Source: the human T2T-CHM13v2.0 reference genome, Homo sapiens
Direction: 5' to 3' (one strand)
Length of the DNA: 64,000 bases
Assembly (NCBI RefSeq): GCF_009914755.1
Contig: NC_060926.1
Both the position numbers and the translations under genes were made by a program. Positions 1 to 19,432 of this stretch are shown here, piece after piece. Within the stretch, counting starts at the first letter, position 1, and every line of letters begins with the position of its first letter. The notes beneath the pieces are model-generated. The model searched no databases. It saw only the letters and a list, made by a program, of their open reading frames with translations, and had not been told where the DNA came from.

Positions 1-249
1 GAATAGGGAAGGTTTTTTCTAAGGCTTCATTATTGTGCCAGTCTCAAGTTGAAAAGAGGCTACATGATTGTACATTCAAGTCTTATGTTTTCCTATATTT
101 GAAAAATAAAAACATTTATAAAATATATGCAATGTTTACTGGGTGCTTTTCCTCGTATTAGTGTTTTAAAGCAATTGAAGAAAATAAATATTTCAGTATA
201 AAAAGGAGCAAATGTATATGAATAAGTACTTAAGAGAAAAAAATTTTAG

Positions 250-1290
<1,041 letters not shown>

Positions 1291-2248
1291 TGGGGGCTGG
1301 CTAGAAGAGGGGATTGAATGTCAACTTCTTAGCCATGTGTACCTTCTAACTTAGCAGCAGGAGGTTGCTGTGGTAGGATGGGAAATGCTGACATCCTGCC
1401 CCTCACCCCGCTAGGAAGGCAGGCTTTCAGCTCTGTACTAAGGCATAGCTTTCCAACTTGGACCTCTGGGAGAGGGAGGCCTGTGTTCTTGGCTGTAGCC
1501 AGCTAGAGTGGTTTTTCTTTCTCATTGAGCTGAGGGTGGGGAAGAAAGGAGCAGCATCTTGATTCACATACCACAGACTCTTGCTTTTCTTACTGAGTTT
1601 TAGTACATTTTCTTGAATAAACGTTTCTTCATTTGCTGCATACTGTTAGGACCACTTCCAGAGATTTTAGATAGTTGTGTTCTTTTAAAGAGTATGTACC
1701 AGTTTCACTGGGGATCTGATCTGCAGGGATCTTCCCTCTCATGCTAGCAAGAAAAATTGAGTTCTCATAAACCAAGTAAAATATTCAAGCTTTCCTACTA
1801 ATTAAATGTTTTAGAACCTTACAGTGGAATATTTTGTATCCATCAAGTTCTTGAAAGTAGAAACCATCTATCTTGATATTGGGTAGAAAGAGGAAGTTAG
1901 ACACTATGGAGTATCTAGTTTTTATAAAATTCAACACATACCTAAATATACAATATCATGTACTTCTCCCCTATAAGACATATTTTATTAATTAAATTAC
2001 ATCAGGTTTTTCTTAAGTATTCTGTTCTCCACATTTTAAAATTCAAAAGCTTTAAGGTGGTATCTAATAAATAGCTGTTTTCCTGCCTCTGTCCTACCAA
2101 TAACAGCTCATTAGGGATAAACTATAGTTATCCCTATAGTACTAATCTAACTAATAGTACTAATAGTTACAGATAGTACTAACCAGTGCTACTAATTTCT
2201 TATATTTCTTTATAGGAAATCTATGTATAACAAGTAAATATAAATACA

Positions 2249-2616
2249 TATTAGTTCATTGTCACACTGCTATAAAGAACTGCCTGAGACTGGGTGAATT
2301 ATAAAGGAAAGAGGTTTAATTGACTTATAGTTCTGCAGGGCTGGGGAGGCCTCAGGAGACTTACAATCATGGCAGAAGGGGAAGCAAACATGTCCTTCTT
2401 CACATGGCAGCAGCAAGGAAAAGTGCAGAGCAACGCAGTGAGAGCCCCTTATAAAACCATCATATCTCGTGAGAACTCACTATTATGAGGACAGCATGGA
2501 GGTAACCACCCCCATGATTCAGTTACCTCCCACTGGGTTCCTCCCATGACACATGGGGGTTATGAGAACTACAATGCATGATGAGTTTTGGGTGGAGACA
2601 CAGCCAAACCATATCA
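2249..2616 (-). mobile_element. MaLR solo LTR (THE1/MST family)
   Basis: Ends in CACAGCCAAACCATATCA (reverse complement of the THE1 start TGATATGGTTTGGCTGTG); internal AAAGGAAAGAGGTTTAATTGACT. Confidence 0.88.
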
Positions 2617-2883
2617 CATAGTCTCCCTCTTTTTATGTTTTTGTTATTTGTGTTTTGTTTTATGTTTACCCAAATAATCATTTATTTTTTATTAACATTT
2701 ATGGGTTATGTTTACCATATAACCCATTTTTATACCTTACTGTCCTATCCCCACCCCAAAATGACATTATAGTACTTGCGAATTTGCTCCAGTACAGCAT
2801 AAAGCATATTCTAATTTTTTATGGCTACATAATGGGCATTTAGTAATTAAAACAGTTGCATATTAATAAACATAAATAGGTTC

Positions 2884-3877
<994 letters not shown>

Positions 3878-4004
3878 CTACCCACTTCTTATGCTTTTTT
3901 AAAAAAATGTTTTTCTTTTGGGGAATCCCCATATCCACATACCTTTCCTGGCTTGTATTTATAAAACAGAATGTCAGGAATTTGTCTCTTGAAGATGCTA
4001 CTTT

Positions 4005-4185
4005 CCAAAAGAATTTTTTGTTGTGATGAAAACACTCTGTATCTGTGCCATTCATTAAGGACTTGTGTGGCTATGGGACACTTGAAATGTGGTTAGTGCA
4101 ACTGAAGAACTGAATTCTTAGTTTTCTTACATTTTAGTTAAAATTTAGATAGCGTGTGGCCAGTAGCTGCCATACTGGACAGTTC
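4005..4185. mobile_element. MER3/MER33-like hAT DNA transposon relic
   Basis: CACTTGAAATGTGGTTAGTGCAACTGAAGAACTGAATT...GTGGCCAGTAGCTGCCATACTGGACAG resembles the MER3 consensus. Confidence 0.6.
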
Positions 4186-4428
4186 AGGAAGTATCATGGG
4201 ATAATGGGAAAAGCACTAAAGCTAAATGTACCAAGTTTTCACTGTTGGTCTTCTTACTTCCTATTTAGCTGCTTGTGCAACTTAGTAAATATTAGTTTCT
4301 CATACACACAGTGGGGATGATAATACCTAATCCACATAATAGTACACACAGAGAAACATCATCATATAGAAAATGGATTAGATGGATGTATACCAAAATG
4401 ATGTACCAGGTAAAAGAGTGGGGAAGGA

Positions 4429-5466
<1,038 letters not shown>

Positions 5467-5546
5467 GCACACATTTCTTGCACATAGTGTGAAGTCTGGG
5501 GTTTTAGTGTACCCATCACTGGAAGAGTAAACATTGTACCCAGTAG

Positions 5547-8960
<3,414 letters not shown>

Positions 8961-9810
8961 GTGAATGTTATTGTTTGATTATGGTATTACTGGTAGATCA
9001 TTTCCAGCTTTCCCTATTGAAAACAGTATTGTATTGAACATTTCTTTGTAGGGTAGACAGTAACAAGTGCTATTATTGAGTCATAGAATATAGGCATTTA
9101 AAATTTTAATAGATAATGCCAGTTGGCTATACCTGTTTGCGCTTTTACCTATATGTGAGTCTAGCTTTTCCACATCCTCACAAGTACTGACATTGTGTTT
9201 TATGCCTATCAGTTAGTAACTTTTGGATATAATTTTGATTTTCCTGAATAACATAGTATCTTATAATACTATAAAATTATAGTAAGTAGGATGTTGTGAC
9301 ATTGTTCATGGGTTGGAAAATGGGCTTTCATACTCAAGTATATGTGGAAACAAGGGGAAACAAGGAAAGAATGGCAGTCATACTACCCTGTCCTCTGCAT
9401 CATCACTGGAAGGTGTAAAATGACCTTCTCTTCCATCACTTTGAACGTCACTCCAAGTAGCCTCACTGTCATTAAGCTCTGATAGTCTCTATTTTACATC
9501 AGTTGTAGAGATCTCTTTCACATCAGTTACCATACAAAGTACAGGATGCTAGGTGATGCCACATCCTGTTACAACTTAATCCCCATATAGCTCTGTGGGC
9601 ACTGAGGCAATTCCTACCTCTAGTTGGACTCCCACAATTCTCCTCCCCTGCTTTAGTTTTCTATATAGCATTCAGAATACTTACTAGCTTCTGAAAAGAA
9701 TGTAACTCATGTCCTTCGCCTAGAATGTTAGATACTTGATGGTAGAGATTTTTGTTTGTTTTCTTTACTGCTTATTCCCAGCCTGTCCAGCAACAGGTTT
9801 TCAGTAAATG

Positions 9811-10107
9811 TTTTTTGTTTGTTTGTTTTTGAGACTGTCTTGCTCTGTCACCCAGGCCGGAGTGCAGTATGTGGTCTCAGCTCACTGCAGCCTCCGCCTC
9901 TTGAGTTCAAGCGATTCTCCTGCCTCAGTCTCCTGAGTAGCTGGGATTACAGACCTGTGCCGCCATGCCTAGCTAATTTTCGTATTTAGTAGAGACGGGG
10001 TTTCACCATGTTGGCCAGGCTGGTCTCGAACTCCTGACCCCCGGTGATCCATCAGCCTCAGCCTCTCAAAGTGGTGAAATTGCAGGTGTGAGTCACCGCG
10101 CCCTGCC
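9811..10107 (-). mobile_element. Alu inserted in an L2-like 3' end
   Basis: Alu consensus; TSD CAGTAAATGTTT on both sides. Confidence 0.88.
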
Positions 10108-10698
10108 AGTAAATGTTTATGGAATGGCTGTTCAGTAACTGTCATTGGAAGAGAGATGTTAGATCCTTATCTCACGTTATTCACAAAAGTAAATTCCAGT
10201 TGGTATACAACACAAAACCCAACAAAACAACTTATAAAAGCCTTAGAAGCAACGTGTGTTCCTCGAGTAAGGAATTCACTCTTAGATACAAATAATTTTA
10301 ATACAAAATTCATTTGATTTATAGCTAGTAATTGGAAGTTAACATAGGCAATATTTTCTTTTTTACTAAAAAGAAAGTTGATTTATTGAAATAGACTCTG
10401 GATAAATTGCAATTCTGTCATTCGTTTTCACAAAAGATAAAATAACTTCATCATTCAATTTAGTTTAAAAAAGTTTCCACTTCATACTGATAAATATGTT
10501 TCCAGCCATAATATATTATCTGGTGTATTTAATCATTTCTATATGTAATATAACTAGATATTTAGTTACATTTCTTGTTCTCCCCTAAACTTGATACTTT
10601 ACTTTTTTTTGTTTTCCAAAAGTGCCTATTATTATAGTTTGTATATTGGTGCTTCTTAAATATCTGCTGCATTCTTTCATTTAGCAGCTAACCTATTA

Positions 10699-11368
10699 AG
10701 TTGACCCTTGAATAATGCAGGTATTAAGGGTACCAACCCCCACATATTTGAGAATCCAAGTATAACTTTTTCTTTTTTTTTTTTTTTTTTTGAGGCGGGA
10801 TTTTGCCCTATCACCCAGGCTGGAGTGCAGTGGCATGATCTTGTCCTCCCCAGTTGCAGGGACTACAGGTGTGCGCCACCACGCCCAGCTAATTTTTTGT
10901 TATCTTTTTGTAGAGATGGAAGTTTTACCATGTTGCCCAGGCCGGTCTCAAACTCCCAGGCTCAAGTGATCCTCCCACCTTGGCCTCCCAAAGGTCTGGG
11001 ATTATGGGCGCGAATCACAGTGTCCGGCCCCAAGTATAACTCCTGACTCTTCCAGAACTTAGCTCCTAATAGCCTACTGTTGACTGGAAGCCTTACTGAT
11101 AATCAATTAACACATTTTGGATGTTGTATGTATTATATACTGTAAGGTAAGGAAAAGAAAATATTAAGAAAAAAATCATAGAAAATATATTTACTGTTCA
11201 TTAAATGGAAGTGGATCATCATAAAAGTCTTCATACTCAGAGTCTTCATGTTGAGTAGCCTAATGAGGAAGAAGTGATGAGGTTGGTCTTGCTGTCTCAG
11301 GCTGGCAGAAAATCTGTATATAAGTGGACTAGTGCAGTTCAAACCTGTGTTGTTCAAGGGTCAGCTGT
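10699..11368. mobile_element. Tigger2/MER28-type DNA transposon interrupted by an Alu (about 10766-11030)
   Basis: Terminal inverted repeats AGTTGACCCTTGAATAA and TTGTTCAAGGGTCAGCTG. Confidence 0.82.
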
Positions 11369-11371
11369 AAT

Positions 11372-11659
11372 TTTTTTGAGACGGAGTTTCACTCTTGTGG
11401 CCCAGGCTGGAGTGCAATGGCATGATCTTGGCTCACTATAGTCTCCGCCTCCCAGGTTCAAACAGTTCTCCTGCCTCAGCCTCCGAGTAGCTGAGATTAC
11501 AGGCATGCGCCATCCCACCTGGCTAATTTTTGTATTCTTAGTAGAGACAGGGTTTCTACATGTTGGTCAGGCTGGTCTCGAACTCCCGACCTCGGGTGAT
11601 CTGCCTGCCTCGGCCTCACAAAGTACTGAGATTACAGGCCTGAACCAGCGTGCCCAGCC
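11372..11659 (-). mobile_element. Alu just upstream of exon 66
   Basis: Alu consensus; TSD GGGTCAGCTGT. Confidence 0.93.
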
Positions 11660-11767
11660 GGGTCAGCTGTGGACCTTGGTAAGATCCAGGTAAAAGCTAC
11701 ATTCCTGTGGACCTACTTTTATATTGTACATTTGCTCATTTTGTGCTTTTTCTTCTTCTCCTTATAG

Positions 11768-11978
11768 TTCTGGACATGGCAAGACATGTGCCACTCTATC
11801 GGGCACTGCTGGAATTGCTTCGGGCCATTGCTTCTTGTGCTGCCATGGTGCCCCTATTGTTGCCCCTTTCTACAGAGAACGGTGAAGAGGAAGAAGAACA
11901 GTCAGAATGTCAAACTTCTGTTGGTACATTGTTAGCCAAAATGAAGACCTGTGTTGATACCTATACCAACCGTTTAAG
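11768..11978 (+). CDS. BIRC6: BIRC6 coding exon (exon 66 by back-count), (V)LDMARHVPLYRALLELLRAIASCAAMVPLLLPLSTENGEEEEEQSECQTSVGTLLAKMKTCVDTYTNRL(R)
   Basis: Polypyrimidine tract plus TAG acceptor at 11765-11767; donor AAG|GTACTA; 211 nt, phase 1 to 2; joins in frame to the exon at 30563; peptide recognised as BIRC6 C-terminal region. Confidence 0.95.
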
Positions 11979-12094
11979 GTACTATATACAATGTTCATTT
12001 CTCTTGAGTTTGCCTCTAACAATGTTTTTAAAATAACTCCATGGGTGTTTTTGTTTTTCAGTGATATGTGCTTTTTAAAAGCATATACACCCTC

Positions 12095-12457
<363 letters not shown>

Positions 12458-12982
12458 TTATACACTTAGAAACATTTATTCACAATTGCTTATTCAGTAT
12501 CTCCCTGTGTGATCTCATAGCTATAGGTATGAAGTTTTTCCCAAATGGTGTCCCATTGTACCTGTTAGACAAATAGATGCTAGTTTCTCACATAATGTTG
12601 ATGTCAGAGACATCTTTCAGTGTCAATAAATACCACTGACATTGTTCTAAATACTTCAAATTCACCTTTGTATTTAGGTGCTATATTTTATTTAACTATT
12701 TATTAGTAGATTTTAGGTTATTTTCAGTTCATAATAACCTCATACATACATCTTTTGGTGCTTGCAGAAATCTCTGCAGATAGAATCTTAGAAGTATAAT
12801 TGTTAGGTTTATGGATTACTTCTGTTTTATTTTAGAAGTCAAAGGATTCAGTATTTGATGGAATTAAAATAAGTCTTAATGCTTATCTTTAAGGAAAACT
12901 GAATTGTTATTTTTAGTTTGTTTACACCTTAGTAGATTCAGAGGATGAGTTCTGTCAAAACTCTTTTTTAAATAACCTAGGA

Positions 12983-13052
12983 GACCTTTTCCTTTCCCTT
13001 GGCAGGATCTGTTCAGTGACCTTTTCCTTTCTCATGGCAGAATCTGTTCAGT
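12983..13052 (+). repeat. 35-bp tandem duplication
   Basis: GACCTTTTCCTTTCCCTTGGCAGGATCTGTTCAGT then GACCTTTTCCTTTCTCATGGCAGAATCTGTTCAGT. Confidence 0.95.
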
Positions 13053-15124
13053 GGTTGTCAGTTTATTCCTCAAAGATGGCCTAATTCTGAATTTTGAAGC
13101 ATTTATACTGTTAATGGAAGTTTACTCCTTTTTCAGTTACCTTTTGAGTAAATTAATGTCATTTACCGTATTTACTGTATTTACTTTGCTTTTTCTCACT
13201 TATTTTTTAAGAACCTATGACTTAAGAAATAGTGTAGATCAAAAGATCATAGAGAATTGGTCACTGGAAGAATAATTCTTGTTAGTCTTTGCCTATGAGG
13301 GAGAAATCACCTTGTGAAGGAATTCTGACTTTGTTGGCTTAATGTGTTGTCATTATCACTTTATTCATTTATTTTAATAGCTTTTGGCATACAAATGGTT
13401 TTTGATTACATGGGTGAATTATATGGTGGTGATGGCTCATTGCCAGGCAGTCAGAATCATAAATTATAGAAAAGATGAAATGAAGAGCCAGTTGGTAGAG
13501 ATAAAAAGTTGTAGACTCATACAACTCTGTTACTAGTAATGGAAAATGTAAAGGTATATTTTCTTTGATAGTGTGATATTTTTTCTTTTGTAGAGAAGAG
13601 AATAGTGTTGTATTTGGTCCCCTCCTATCTTGTGGCCCCCCCCAGAATCTTTCTCACTGGTAACCAAGGAAGCTAGTGTAATAATATAACAATAGTGTGG
13701 TATCATAATTGAACTGAACATCTGATTGTCTCATTGAGCTAATGCCTCCTTGAGAAGTGTCTACTAAAACATCTTATTCCCTTCCCTGGCCATCTGTGTT
13801 GCTTATTCTTGTAGAATAAACATAGTTTTCAGTATATCAATATGTATAATATATACTGAGCTTTGAAACTGCCATCATGTCTTTTTAGGGGAATCTTGCC
13901 CTGTATTTCTGTACCTTACATTTCTGTGTTTTGAGATGACTCTGTTAGCTTATAACTAAAATTGAAAATTTATAAAACCTTGAGTGTTTTTTACCCAGGT
14001 ATATTTTGTCTTTTAGATGAAAAATTGCATAATGATTTGGAATGTTGTTTTAGGTTTAGCCTTGATTAAAAACAGTATCACACATTTATAGTGTTACAAA
14101 GTGAAAATAAAACCAGTAAATAATAATATCCTTCTTTAAACTGTGTATTTCCTTATGCTATAATTTCTATTAGATCCTGCAAAAATGGAGTTATAGAGTA
14201 TTGAATTCTAAGGTAATTATAGAATATTCTTATTGCAGGAAATTTGGACACCTATAGTGCCTCTTTGGTCTATTTGCTTTTCTTAGCTTAATCTATTTCC
14301 TGTTCACATAACACTGTATAATTTTTTGAGAAAGGAATCTTCTTTATAAAAATACACCAGTTAATTCACCATGAAAATTTAATTTCAGATAGAGGATAAC
14401 TGAGTTTCAATTAACTGGAGCTCTTTATTTTTCTATTTGATTAACCGGATGAAATTATTCCATTTAAATTCTTTTATTCTTCAGCCAGAGAACATTCTTC
14501 AGACTTATAAACTATGTACCAACAAAATATGCATGTGAAGATATAATGAGTGTTCGTAAAGCTCATTTCATTAGATTATTTTATCTTTACAGTGACCGTG
14601 TGCAGTACATATTTTTAGTAATTCTTTTTACTGATAAACATTATTATATTTTGCATTAAGACTTGAATATACTTTTTCGTTGAAACCCTCATGGTCTCTG
14701 CTAATCTGTGCAGCCTCTGTTATAAGACGGCACCGGTAAAGACTAATAATGTTACTACATCTCTACTTTCAAGGTTTACCATATAGAGAATTCATTTTCA
14801 GCTTCACAGAGAGAGTAAAATCTATTCTTTTCCAGTTGTCACAACTTAAGATGTATTTTTTTTTCTAACAGAGTTCACAAAATAATCCATTTTTCCCTTA
14901 CAGTGTATACCCACAGAAAGTGGCCTTAGTTTAATTTTAACACTGACTCAAAGCTCCCCACCCCACCTGTCTGCCTCATTCCCAACTGTATTTCACAAAA
15001 ATCCTAGAATACTCTGAGAAGAGAATGATTCAGGAAAATGTGTTCTGTTAATGTATCACTTTCAGGGTCTATTTTAGTGTTTTTTGAGGGTTTGGAGCTG
15101 TAACTTTAAAAATGCTGTGTATCA

Positions 15125-15447
15125 CGGCCGGGTGCAGTGGCTCACGGCTGTAATCCCAGCACTTTGATAGGCTGACTTGGGCTGATCACTTGAGGCCAGG
15201 AGTTCTAGACCAGCCTGTCCAACATAGCAAAACCCATCTCTACTAAAAATACAAAAATTCAGCTGGGTGTGGTGGCACATACCTGTAATCCCAGGAACTT
15301 GGGAGGCTGAGGCACGAGAATCACTTGAGCCTGGGAGGTGGGGGTTGCAGTGATCACACCATCACACTCCATTACACTCCAGTCTGGGCAACAGAGGGAA
15401 ACTCTGTCTCAAAAAATAAATACATACATACATACATACATACATAC
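15125..15447 (+). mobile_element. Alu with (TACA)n tail
   Basis: Alu consensus; degenerate TSD CTGTGTATCAC / CTATGTATCAC. Confidence 0.92.
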
Positions 15448-15582
15448 TATGTATCACACACTCAGAAACATTTTACAATATTTCTGTCTCTATTACTGTG
15501 AAATCCAAGGGTGAATAAAGTACATGTATTTGGTATGGTTCTTTTTTTAAGTAAGAGAAATCGTAGTTTACTACTTATTTTT

Positions 15583-15588
15583 ATATAC

Positions 15589-15641
<53 letters not shown>

Positions 15642-15727
15642 TTAATATATATATATACCTAATATATATATACCTAATATATATATATATACCTAATATA
15701 TATATGTATACCTAATATATATATATT
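15583..15727. repeat. Compound (TA)n / TATACCTAA microsatellite
   Basis: Long pure TA run followed by repeated (TA)nCCTAA units. Confidence 0.95.
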
Positions 15728-16082
15728 AGATAAAGAAAATAGATTCATTGTGTATTCTGCAGATCTCTAGGTAGTGATTGTGGTTGCATATAATGATTTT
15801 CATTGAAATGATGTGTATGTTGTATTTGTAATAGAATTTTTACCTTCCTTTTGGGGATGAGAGAAATTAAAGAAAAAGGTCAAGTGTAAAGAGGATGTTA
15901 ACTGTGACTGCTGAGAATATCCTGTCTATCTTGAAATCTATCCTGAGGCCACTGCCTAAACCCAATTAATTTTGATCTGATAATTCAGAGAATGGAGGAG
16001 ATTCCATAGGTTTGTGCGCCCCCAAGCCCAAAACCCTTACAAGAGGAGATAAAAAGACATCATTAAGAATCTGGATCCCAGT

Positions 16083-16905
<823 letters not shown>

Positions 16906-16959
16906 AACCTGGCAGTTGTAACAACATAGTATCTGACATATTAGTAGAATTCAAGACAC

Positions 16960-17365
16960 TACAGGAAAATCAATCCAGATTTGGAGGCCTAAAGGATACA
17001 TAGGAATTAACCAAGAATAGAGTACAAATGAAGAGGGGCAAGGGATTGGTGTCCCAAGGGTATGAAAACAATGTTAGCAGTGAAGGAAAGCATCACATAT
17101 TCAGGGGACCTTGAAAAGTTTGGTGTGCCTGAGCATAGTGTAGCTGGAAGGTAGTGGTGGGAGATGAGCCTGGAGAGGAAATCAGGGGCTAGAAGATAAA
17201 CAGGAATATATCACAGAGTTACTTACCTTAAAAGTAATGTTGAGCCACTGAAAGGTTTTCAGCAGCTCTCATCAGGTTTGCATTATAGAAAGATGGTCTT
17301 CAGGTGTAGTTGAATGGTTGGAGGGGAAGTTGGAACAAGACCAAACTACCATGGAAGAGACTTTC
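16960..17365 (-). mobile_element. Probable L2 relic
   Basis: Purine-rich L2-like text (GAGATGAGCCTGGAGAGG...GAGCCACTGAAAGGTTTTCAGCAG). Confidence 0.55.
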
Positions 17366-18509
17366 ATCTGTTTTGTCTCAGCAGATAGAGCTGTATATGT
17401 CTTCTCCCTGTCCTACTGTTTTGGGGGACTGAGATTTTGGTACTCATCAGCACTCTTGCTCTCATATTATGGACTTAATAGATAGTTAGTTTCCAGGTAG
17501 AAATATATTCCATGCTCCAGATATTTGTCTTAAAAAGCAATCTGTGTTCATATTGGCAACTGCAGATTTATCTCTAGGGATCTCCTTCAATAGAGTACAA
17601 GTGCCATAGCATAAATGGATCTGGGAACATGGCTTCCTTTGTTCTCATATACGAATCCGACGTCTACAATGTTAGGCAGAAATTTTCCAACACTAATCCT
17701 ATTACTTGGTTATTTGACGGACTCAGGCAGAAAGCTATGATCCGTCGATTGATAGAAGCTAAGTCGTTAAGTCAAAAAGCATCTTAAATCTTTTGTATTA
17801 AGGTCCTGGAATGGCAGGGTGAGACTCCATACATGTTCATGTCTTCCTGTTCCTCTACTGTTTGCTTAAAGCTGTCACCCAGCTAAAGTTGTAGACATGG
17901 AACACTTATACAACATTAAATTTTGTGTCCTATCTACCCAAATCTAAAAGAGAACTCATATGATGGTGAGATATTATTAATTTTATTAAATAAGTCAGTT
18001 TTCTTGATTGAAAACTGAAGGAAATTTTCTTGGTAGAAATTCTTTGTTAGAATGCAGAACCTTGGCATTTGTGAGGAAGAACTTTTAGATGTTATACCAC
18101 CTATGCTACTGTTTACTTAAATTTTTCTTTGCCTTTTTTTTCTACTTAGAATTTTTCTTCAGATCAACTTAAAAAATTAAACAAGTTTTTCTTAGGCTTT
18201 TAAAGAGGAAACTTCAAATTACCCCCATAGCGGATGGACCATTATCATTTGCCATAAATAGGAGACAGTGTAAACATGAGTGAACCATTTACTGTGAATA
18301 AAATAGTGTTTACTTATTAATCCTTGAAATATATTAGACCATGTGTGCAAAGCAGTACAATCGGGAATAATCATTCAGATTTTGTTTGTTAAATGAAACA
18401 CTGGAAAAATAAATGCATGTCCATCAAAAGGAGGATTGTTTATACTACAGAATATTCATACATGTAAAATTGTGCAACAATGGAAAAGAAAAGTGATCTA
18501 TATTTTATT

Positions 18510-19432
18510 TTATGTATTTATTTATTTTGAGACGGAGTCTTACTCTGTCACCCAGGATGGAGAGCAGTGGTGCGATCTTGGCTCACTGCAAGTTCCGCCT
18601 CCTGGGTTCAAGCAATTCTCCTCAGCCTCCCCAGTAGCTGGGATTAGAGGCCCTTACCACCACACCTGGCTAATTTTTGTATTTTTAGTAGAGAGGGGGT
18701 TTCACCGTGTTGGCCAAGCTGGTCTTGAACTCCTGACCTCAAGTGATCTGCCCCCCTCCGCCTCCCAAAGTGTTGGGATTACAGGTGTGAGCCACCGCGC
18801 CCGGCCTGATCTATAATTTAGATGTAAAAACAGCCAGCTCTTGGATGTATCATTGAATTTTTAAAAGGAAGCTGGGCTGGATATGGTGGCTCTTGTGTAT
18901 AATCCCAGCACTTTGGGAGGCCAAGGTGGGAGGATGATTGCTTGAGCCCAGGAGTTCAAGACCAGCCTGGGCAACATGGTAAGTAAAACCCTGATATATT
19001 AGTTGAGTTGCCTTGTACACTGTACTCCTTTTAGGTGGTGTGCTGTGGAGTAGAGTAGGTAGAACCAATATTGCAGCCATATCACTGAACTTTCTGTTCA
19101 TCCAAAGGTTTTGGTAAGAATGACTGCTTAGCTGGGCGTGGTGGCTCACGCCTCTAATCCCAGCACTTTGAGAGGCCGAGGCAGGTGGATCACCTGAGGT
19201 CAAGAGTTCAAGACTAGCCTGGTCAACATGGCGAAACCCGTCTCTGTTAAAAATACAAAACAATTAGCTGCGTGTGGTGGCACGCACCCGTAATCCCAGC
19301 TACCGAGGCAGGAGAATCACTTGAACCCAGGAGGCAGAGGTTGCGGTGAGCCAAGATCCCACTAGTGCACTCTAGCCTGTGGGATAGAGCAAGACTCTGT
19401 CTCAAAAACAAACAAACAAACAAACAAAAAAA
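18510..19432. mobile_element. Alus: minus 18510-18806, plus monomer 18874-18980, plus 19131-19432
   Basis: Alu consensus; last copy has TSD AGAATGACTGCTTA (19117-19130 and 19435-19448). Confidence 0.92.

Noticed and set aside
2112-2120. TAGGGATAA matching half of an I-SceI site
   Set aside because: Only 9 of 18 nt match and there is no sign of engineered sequence.
17704-17836. SECIS or H/ACA snoRNA interpretation of the 17.7 kb hairpin (TGA..AAA..GA; ATAGAA then a later ACA)
   Set aside because: The G-A quartet register is incompatible with the Watson-Crick stem, there is no pseudouridylation pocket, and the second hairpin is poor.
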